From the NCBI GenBank assembly GCA_001275005.1, contig JWZX01003164.1:1-33660 (forward strand): a DNA stretch of 33,660 nt, given 5' to 3'. The stretch comes from Chrysochromulina tobinii. Lineage: Eukaryota. A model generated the notes under the pieces. It ran no database searches, was not told the origin of the DNA, and saw only the letters and a program-made list of their open reading frames with translations. A program made the position numbers and the translations under genes. Of this stretch, positions 27,363-33,660 are shown one piece after another (within the stretch, counting starts at the first letter, position 1; every line of letters starts with the position of its first letter).

Positions 27363-28508
27363 ATGCTACGGAGAGTAGCGGCCCACGCCGAGGAGGGGCG
27401 TGGGGCGAGTCGAGGGGCGAGCCCCTCGGACGCCGCCTTTTTCGACTCCGCCGACGACATGGATTTGCTCAGCCTCCTCGCAAACTCGCCGACGGCCAAA
27501 GCGCTCGGCATGGGCTTCGATCCAAAGAGCGTGAGCTCCGGATCGATGATGCGGCAGTTTGTCGACCAGCTGGCGCGCCTCGACGGCACCGACTCACCCT
27601 CGCCCGTGCCGTCCGGTGCCCCCCCGCGGTCGCCGTCGCCCAAGTTACCCTCTAAGTTGACCAAGCTGCCACACGGTGCAGTGCGGCCGACGCCCGGGCG
27701 CAGCATGTTCCGCAGCGCGTCGCCGTCGCCGACGGCTGGGCGCAGCATGCTCGGCAGCACGTCGCCGTCGCCCACGCACGGGCACAAGGCGACGGCGTCT
27801 AAGACGCCCCCAACCGCGTTGACATACGAGAACCTTAGCAACAGGCGTGCCCAGTTCCTTGACGCCTGCGCGCAGCTCGAGGCTTTCAGGGACCGGTTTG
27901 CGCAGGGCGCGTGCATCATAGGGAATGGCCGGAGCGTCCTCGGCGTGGGCGCGGGGCCGCTCATCGATCGGTTCGCGACGGTGGTGCGCTTCAACGATTA
28001 TGTGACCGTCGCGGAGCCCGTCGGCCCCAACGCGCCCCGACCTGACTACCGGTCCGACGTGGGGGAGAAGGTGGACCTTTGGGTCGTCTCCGATTGGACC
28101 TGCGTCAAGCTGATCAACAAGTATCCGGAGCGCACGATGCCGGTGCTGATCGCGACCCCGTACTACTTTATGGGAAAGCCGTACTACAAGAAGAGGCGCG
28201 CCGAGCTCGAGCAAGACCTGACCGAGGAGCAGCTCGCTCGGTGCACCTTCATCCCAATCGAGGTGGTCAAAAACCTCGTCGAGGCCAACCACTTTGGCGA
28301 CCGTTGGCCGTCGTCCGGCCTGATCACAATCGCTTTCTTTGTGAGCCAGGGCATACGGCCAGTGCTGCACGGGTTCGACTTTTTTAAGGCGATCGACGGC
28401 AAGATCCACTACATGGAGGATACGCACACGGCCAACCACCATGCGGATGAGGAGGAGCGGATCTGCCGTGAGCTTGTCAGGGCTGGGAGCGTGAGCTTTC
28501 TCGTCTGA
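27363..28508 (+). CDS. Glycosyltransferase family 29 (sialyltransferase-like) protein with Ser/Pro-rich N-terminus
   Basis: Sialylmotif L-like CIIGNG.S.L...G..ID....VVRFN..DVGEK, S-like PSSG..LHGFDF, HY and HHADEE. Start uncertain (upstream in-frame ATGs at 27129 and 27189). Confidence 0.8.
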   Translation: MLRRVAAHAEEGRGASRGASPSDAAFFDSADDMDLLSLLANSPTAKALGMGFDPKSVSSGSMMRQFVDQLARLDGTDSPSPVPSGAPPRSPSPKLPSKLTKLPHGAVRPTPGRSMFRSASPSPTAGRSMLGSTSPSPTHGHKATASKTPPTALTYENLSNRRAQFLDACAQLEAFRDRFAQGACIIGNGRSVLGVGAGPLIDRFATVVRFNDYVTVAEPVGPNAPRPDYRSDVGEKVDLWVVSDWTCVKLINKYPERTMPVLIATPYYFMGKPYYKKRRAELEQDLTEEQLARCTFIPIEVVKNLVEANHFGDRWPSSGLITIAFFVSQGIRPVLHGFDFFKAIDGKIHYMEDTHTANHHADEEERICRELVRAGSVSFLV

Positions 28509-28644
28509 GAGGCGCCGTCCCGAGCGCCGGGGTCCCGAGCGCCGACCGCGGCTTGAAGAGCGGTAACCACCGCGCGAGCCCGCGCGACATCTCCTTGCCC
28601 AGTGGCAGCGGTGAGCGCGCCCTATTGTCCCACCCGCCGAACCT

Positions 28645-28841
28645 TCTCCTCATGGAGCCGCGGATCTCCTCATTTGAGATATGGATCTCCTCATTTGAGA
28701 TAGGGATCTCCTCATGGAGCCGCGGAGACCTGAGCGACACTTACGTGTCAATTGTGCCGTGAGACGGGGCCCTGCACGCCCTGACACTTACGTGTCCTTT
28801 GCAGATCTATTGTGCCGTGAGACGGGGCCCTGCACGCCCTG
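28645..28841. repeat. Short tandem and direct repeats downstream of the GT29 gene
   Basis: ctcctcat units x4, gacacttacgtgtc x2, and a 33-nt direct repeat at 28751-28783 / 28809-28841. Confidence 0.8.
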
Positions 28842-29604
28842 CTCGTCGGCACGCATGTTATGAGCATGTTATGAGCGCGGCCTTCGAGGCGCGCGCGCGT
28901 GGGCGGGCGAGACGGATAGAGACCATACAGTGCGAGCGGGCGGGCGGGTGCGAGGCCCGGCGAGAGAGTGTGCTGCCCGGGTGTCTAGACGGTGGCTCGG
29001 AGGGGTGAGCGGCGCCACCAGCCAACAACCAGTGACTGGGGTTCGAGAAAAAATCAGCGCGGGGGGTGGAGCGTACACTCCCGGTGGCGAAAAGCTTGAT
29101 CTTGAAGATCGGACGTCGGGAAGATCAAGATGATCTTGCTAATAATTTGCAATTTTTTCCTTCGCTATCGATTGACGTTAAGTCTTAGGATTCTGGATTG
29201 TAGATTGACGATTCGTTCGCCCCTCGCCCATGTTTTACTTCGCTTACTTACTTAACTTACTCGTTCGCCCCTCGCCCCTTCGCCGCTTCGGGCATTTTTG
29301 ATATTTTCGGGGGCGGCCACTCCTGTCCGTTCGTTTCGAGTGATGGGGATGCGGCGCGTGAGTGTCAGAGTCAATCAGTTACACTGGGGGAGGTTCGAGG
29401 AGTGATTCACTTGGGCAGGCACTGTGGAATCTCATTTCCCCACAGCATGCAAGCCAGCCCGTCCAAGTGCTCACTTATAGATTCCCCAGGATCCGTTGAG
29501 GCTTTCGCAATGTCGAACACGCTCTCAATCGATTGACGCTCGGCTCGCTCGGACGCGACCAACCTTCGGTCTTCCTTCACTGAGTGTTGGATATTCGCAA
29601 CGAG

Positions 29605-31695
29605 ATGGCCTCTACGTTCCTCGCCCACGGCACTATCGCCCAGCTCTCCAAGTCCAACGCCCACGCCAAGACGACCGTCGACCAATGGGCCGTCTGCATT
29701 CTTGACAAGGACGGGGCGCAGCCCACCCTCGAGGGCACCTTCGCCGTCTTCAACGAGAAGCTGGAAGCCGAAGCCTTCCTCGCCGCGCACGACGCGTGGG
29801 CCGACAACCCCACCGTCCCGCCGTCCGCTGCCCCATCCGCCCACACTTTCAATGGCTTCGTCGTCACTTTGGCTCGCAAGAAAGCGGATCTTCACCATCT
29901 TTCCGCCAACTGGACAGACTGGTGCACCCCGGGCGCGGCGCCAGCGCCCGCGCTCGACCCCTTCCTCGGCCGCCTCGTCAAGATCCTCGTCAAAGACCCG
30001 GCCGGCGCCTTCGTTCACGTCGTCGCCACAGTCGCATCCAAGGACATCGCCTCCGACGTCTACACGCTGTCGTACAACCTGAACGGAGTGAACTCCGACT
30101 GCGAGTACACCGCAGCGCAACTCAAGGATTGGTGCAAGCGTTTTCCCGACGCGCTGCAGAGCGGCAAGGCCCCTGCCGCATCGCCGCCCGCACCAGGCGC
30201 ATCCGGAGCCGGCTACTCGATCGTGTTGAACCCCACCTTCGACCCCCTTCTTGGCCTCATCAAGAAGCTCACCGTCTCGACTAAGTTCGGTGACCCTCAC
30301 ACGATCGACGCCAGAGAGGCTCTGACGACGCTCATCGGCCGGCACGGGGACAGCTCCCCCTTCGCGAAGCTCACCCTCACCGTCCAGGGCGCCGCCGTCG
30401 ACGACGCTCCCGGCGGCCCCATCCACTCCATCGTCCACGGCCTCCACGCTCTGAACGCCGAGCTATCCTCGTTCGTGCCCCTCCACCCCAACCGTTTTCT
30501 CTGGCCCTCTGACTCGGCCAAGAAACTCGGAGAGGCGTTCGCATCGGTCTTCAACCGCGGCAACCCCTCTTCGCCTCAGCACCCCCTCGCGGAGGTGCTT
30601 AAGACCAAGGCGATCGACTCTAGCGAATGGGACAAGCTCCTCGCCGATCACTGGATGATCACCGTCGATCCCGCCCGTCACGTCTTCGCCCAGTCCAAAC
30701 GGCAAGACACCTACATCATGACCGGCATGCTCGAGCACTTCCTCCGGCGCACCACCTCCGCCGCCGCTCTCGCCGCCCTTGATGCCAATCAGGACAGCGG
30801 CTCGCTCCTCCTCCTCGTCAGCGAGTTGGCAGCACCCAAGTCCCAACCATTTCCGGCCCCTCAGACCCCTGTCAACATTCAGAACCCGTTTCAGATTCAA
30901 CCCGCTCAGAACCAAGCTCAGCTCTCGGCCTTCCAGCTCCAGTTGCTCCAAGGGCATCAGGCTGGAGTCCAAGTTGTCCTCAACGACAAGAAAACAGCTG
31001 ACACGTCGAGGGACGTGCTCCAGCTGCGCTCGGATGCACAGGCGTTGGCTCACGACCCCCTCGCCTCGGCCGAGCTCGAGACCCTCATCAAGATCAGGGC
31101 TGGCGGCGACGGCAAGCTGCTCGAGGACGCCGTCAAGGCGGTCACGAGCCCGAAGCTCAAGCGCCTTCTCGCCTCCGAGGGCGACGAACTCACGAAACAC
31201 TTGCAAGGTGCGCTCCCCCAACTCGCCATGCACATCGATTCAATCCGCTGCAAGCTCGAAGAGCGAATGCAGGCCGCGATCACGGGCGGGGCGACGGCCT
31301 CGCTCACATCGCGGCAAAAGCTGGCCATCAGGGCCGCTCGCTGCGGGCACCTTCGGCGCCTGCACCTTTTCCATCTCATCGACGAAGACGACTGCGGCAC
31401 CAAGGAGGCGCCGCTTGCACAACTCGGCAAGTGGAACAAGGACAAGCAGAAGGCAAGCCTGGCTCTGGCCTTTCGCCAGCTGGAAATGATCCTCCAGTTT
31501 AGCAACCCCTCCATGGTCGGCGAAGTTATGTCCTTCTTCAGCCGCCTGCAAACCCGCCTCGCGGCCCTCGTGGACTCCGGAGGCCGCTGCCGTCTTCGCC
31601 TGGGCTATCTTGACCTCGAGGGGGCTGATCGCCTCGAGTTGGCCCTGGTGTGCGCCCTGAGCTTGGTGTTTGAAACACTTGTCGCCTGCGGTTGA
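29605..31695 (+). CDS. Putative retroelement ORF1 (gag-like position), unknown protein
   Basis: Long ORF with ATG at 29605, a Q/P-rich linker and no recognisable catalytic motif. Confidence 0.6.
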   Translation: MASTFLAHGTIAQLSKSNAHAKTTVDQWAVCILDKDGAQPTLEGTFAVFNEKLEAEAFLAAHDAWADNPTVPPSAAPSAHTFNGFVVTLARKKADLHHLSANWTDWCTPGAAPAPALDPFLGRLVKILVKDPAGAFVHVVATVASKDIASDVYTLSYNLNGVNSDCEYTAAQLKDWCKRFPDALQSGKAPAASPPAPGASGAGYSIVLNPTFDPLLGLIKKLTVSTKFGDPHTIDAREALTTLIGRHGDSSPFAKLTLTVQGAAVDDAPGGPIHSIVHGLHALNAELSSFVPLHPNRFLWPSDSAKKLGEAFASVFNRGNPSSPQHPLAEVLKTKAIDSSEWDKLLADHWMITVDPARHVFAQSKRQDTYIMTGMLEHFLRRTTSAAALAALDANQDSGSLLLLVSELAAPKSQPFPAPQTPVNIQNPFQIQPAQNQAQLSAFQLQLLQGHQAGVQVVLNDKKTADTSRDVLQLRSDAQALAHDPLASAELETLIKIRAGGDGKLLEDAVKAVTSPKLKRLLASEGDELTKHLQGALPQLAMHIDSIRCKLEERMQAAITGGATASLTSRQKLAIRAARCGHLRRLHLFHLIDEDDCGTKEAPLAQLGKWNKDKQKASLALAFRQLEMILQFSNPSMVGEVMSFFSRLQTRLAALVDSGGRCRLRLGYLDLEGADRLELALVCALSLVFETLVACG

Positions 31696-33660
31696 GAAAG
31701 TGCGGGCGGTTGTGGTGCTCATCTCCACTGGTGTTTCGAGCATGGCGCTGCGACGACGATGACGACTACGACCTCGACGGCTCCCCTGACCTCTGCGATC
31801 CCTGTGATGTAGAGCTCGGACAGCAGCTCAAGTCCGTCAAGGCCAAGGACTTTGGCGACATCTGCTACTCGCAGATGGGAGGAAAGGACGAGCTCAGGAA
31901 CATCCCCGTCCTCGACATGCGCCGCCCATCGATCCTCTCCAACCCCTTTGGCATGGGCAAGGACGAGTCCAAGCGCAACCTCGTCTGCGACGCCTACCAA
32001 GAATGGTGGCGCCGCCGGACGGTCACCGTCGACGAGATCTGCGTGCAGTTTGGTATCGTGCGTGCCAACTCCTGGGACGGCCTCGAGATCGCCGCCTCCG
32101 AGCTCCGCGTTCGAGGCCTCAACCAGCTGGCCCAGATCGTCTCCAAAGGACATCGGATCGCCGCCGGCTGCGCCTGCCCGGCAGACAAGAGATGCCACAC
32201 AGAGCACATCAGAAGCATGGTCGCCGACCAGGCTCGGCTCCTACGGTCCAAGAGCGACAGCACGCAGCTCGTCGAACCACCGGCGAACGACAAGTACCTG
32301 ATCCTCTTCGCCGGCGACAAGCTCGCCGCAGGCCGGCTCGCCGACCAGATTCGCCTCAAGGATGACGAGGCGTCGGTCGAGGAGTACGACATTCGAAACG
32401 ACACGCATCAAGATCTTTGCGACGTCGAGCTGCAGCTCAACATCCTTAGCCGCATCCTCGACGGAGAATTCAAAGCAGTTCACATCGCCGTGCCCGAAGG
32501 CTCGTACGCCGTCGTGCGCGGGGTGCAGATCCGCTCAAAGGCGCAAGCTCGTGGCGTGCTCGGCGAAGCAGGCCCCGGCGATAAGCTCAGCAAGTACCTG
32601 CGCAAGCACAACGACCTCGCCGACTTTGCCGCCCGCGTTGCGGCGGCCGCTGACAAGAACGGCACGTTGTGGAGCATGGTGAACCCGGCCGAGCACGGCG
32701 ATCCCGGATCGCCGGCCTTCGACCCCGAGCACGCCGATTGGGGCCAGCTCTGGCAACAGCCCGCGATCATCGAGCTCGTCAAGGGCGGAGCCAAGAAGAC
32801 CTTGGTCCCACTGTGCAAGTGTGGCTCCCCCTTTGGCGTCTACGTCGACGTGCTCACCTCCGCCAAGATGCCCAACCTCTTTCTTACCAGCGAACTTCTC
32901 TGCGACCATGTGATCCACGAAGAGTTTCCAATTCTCGAGGACCACCGCGGCGAAGACAGGCCGCCAAGGACCGCCTACCTCCCGATCGGCTTCAACGTCC
33001 TTTTGGCGCGTGCGATGGTCGGCGAGCACCGACGCAGCTCATCGAAAAAGTCCTCCAAGACCCCATCCTCGTCCAAGGGCAACATGCACGTCGGCTCGAC
33101 TCGACCGCATGCGATCGACGGCGGCCACGCCGACCAACTCCCGACCCCGCGCATTCACAAGCTCGGCAGTCTGCGCTGCTTGGAGCCCGAGCTCGACAGC
33201 GTGCTCCTCGTGGAAGCACTGCCGCGCTCGAACATTCCGAGAAGAACTGAGCCCGACCTCGCCCCGGTGCGGCCTGAGCCGCCGGGCCCGTTCACCACAG
33301 CTCAGCTCATTCCGCTCGCAGTGCAACAGCAAGTGCTACAGTTTGCCAGCGAGGTCACCGAGGTGCTCAGAAGGGCAGATGGCGGCGCCAACGGCTGGCG
33401 CGTAGCTCGCAAGCTCCGCCCAACCCCGATGGCTTTCTCCGAGGCCGAGGCCCTCAACGAGTGCGGCTGGGGCTTTGCCTGGAGGCGCCGCGACGCCCAA
33501 GCCCCTCTCACTCAGGAGTCGCTCTGGGATGCCATCCGGCCCTCGTCGTACCCCGATGACCACCCCTGCGCCGGGCAGCCTAATCTGATCAGCGCCGAGC
33601 GCTTCTCAGAGCTCGCCGCGGCCGAAGATTTCCCCGACAAGCAGGTCACCTCGTGGATCC
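31674..33660 (+). CDS. Putative retroelement ORF2, open to window end: DUF4326-like domain plus degenerate C5 DNA-methyltransferase-like domain
   Basis: Absent from the ORF track because it has no stop in the window. Manual translation is open from 31674 (first ATG 31875). RRPSILSNPF..R..VCDAY..GCACP..RCH.EHI, then YLILFAG..YDI..DL..VHIAVPEGSY..MVNP..LW..C..CDH..H..AYLP. Confidence 0.75.

Larger units (their letters stand above)
29090..33660 (+). mobile_element. Probable retrotransposon, 5' part (possibly tyrosine-recombinase/DIRS-like); boundaries uncertain and RT not within the window
   Basis: AT-rich structured leader, intronless ORF1 and an overlapping long ORF2 with DUF4326-like and C5-MTase-like domains. 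Codon style is C-ending and differs from flanking genes. Confidence 0.55.

Overview
GC-rich, gene-dense eukaryotic nuclear DNA, not prokaryotic. The spliceosomal introns, bipartite plastid-type leaders and intron repeat style suggest a haptophyte alga such as Chrysochromulina (inference). Genes in order: FSA/transaldolase-family enzyme (+), MCM5 (+, 6 exons), NOP58 (-), ABC1K kinase (+), a ~1430-aa IQ / zeta-toxin-like kinase / RelA-SpoT-like / LRR protein (-), a frameshifted unknown gene (+), a SAM methyltransferase (+), an XRN-family exoribonuclease (-, 3 exons), a Gig2-type ADP-ribosyltransferase fused to an RBR E3 ligase (-), a coiled-coil EF-hand protein (-), a GT29 sialyltransferase-like protein (+), and the 5' part of a probable retroelement whose second ORF carries DUF4326-like and degenerate C5-DNA-methyltransferase-like domains. 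Main signals: (1) introns built from a repeat cassette plus a 7-35 nt duplication of adjacent exon, which suggests an intron-generating element, including one amplified into four abutting GT..AG units; (2) two immune-like multidomain fusion proteins; (3) a pseudo-methyltransferase carried by a retroelement. All domain calls come from reading motifs by eye; no database searches were run.
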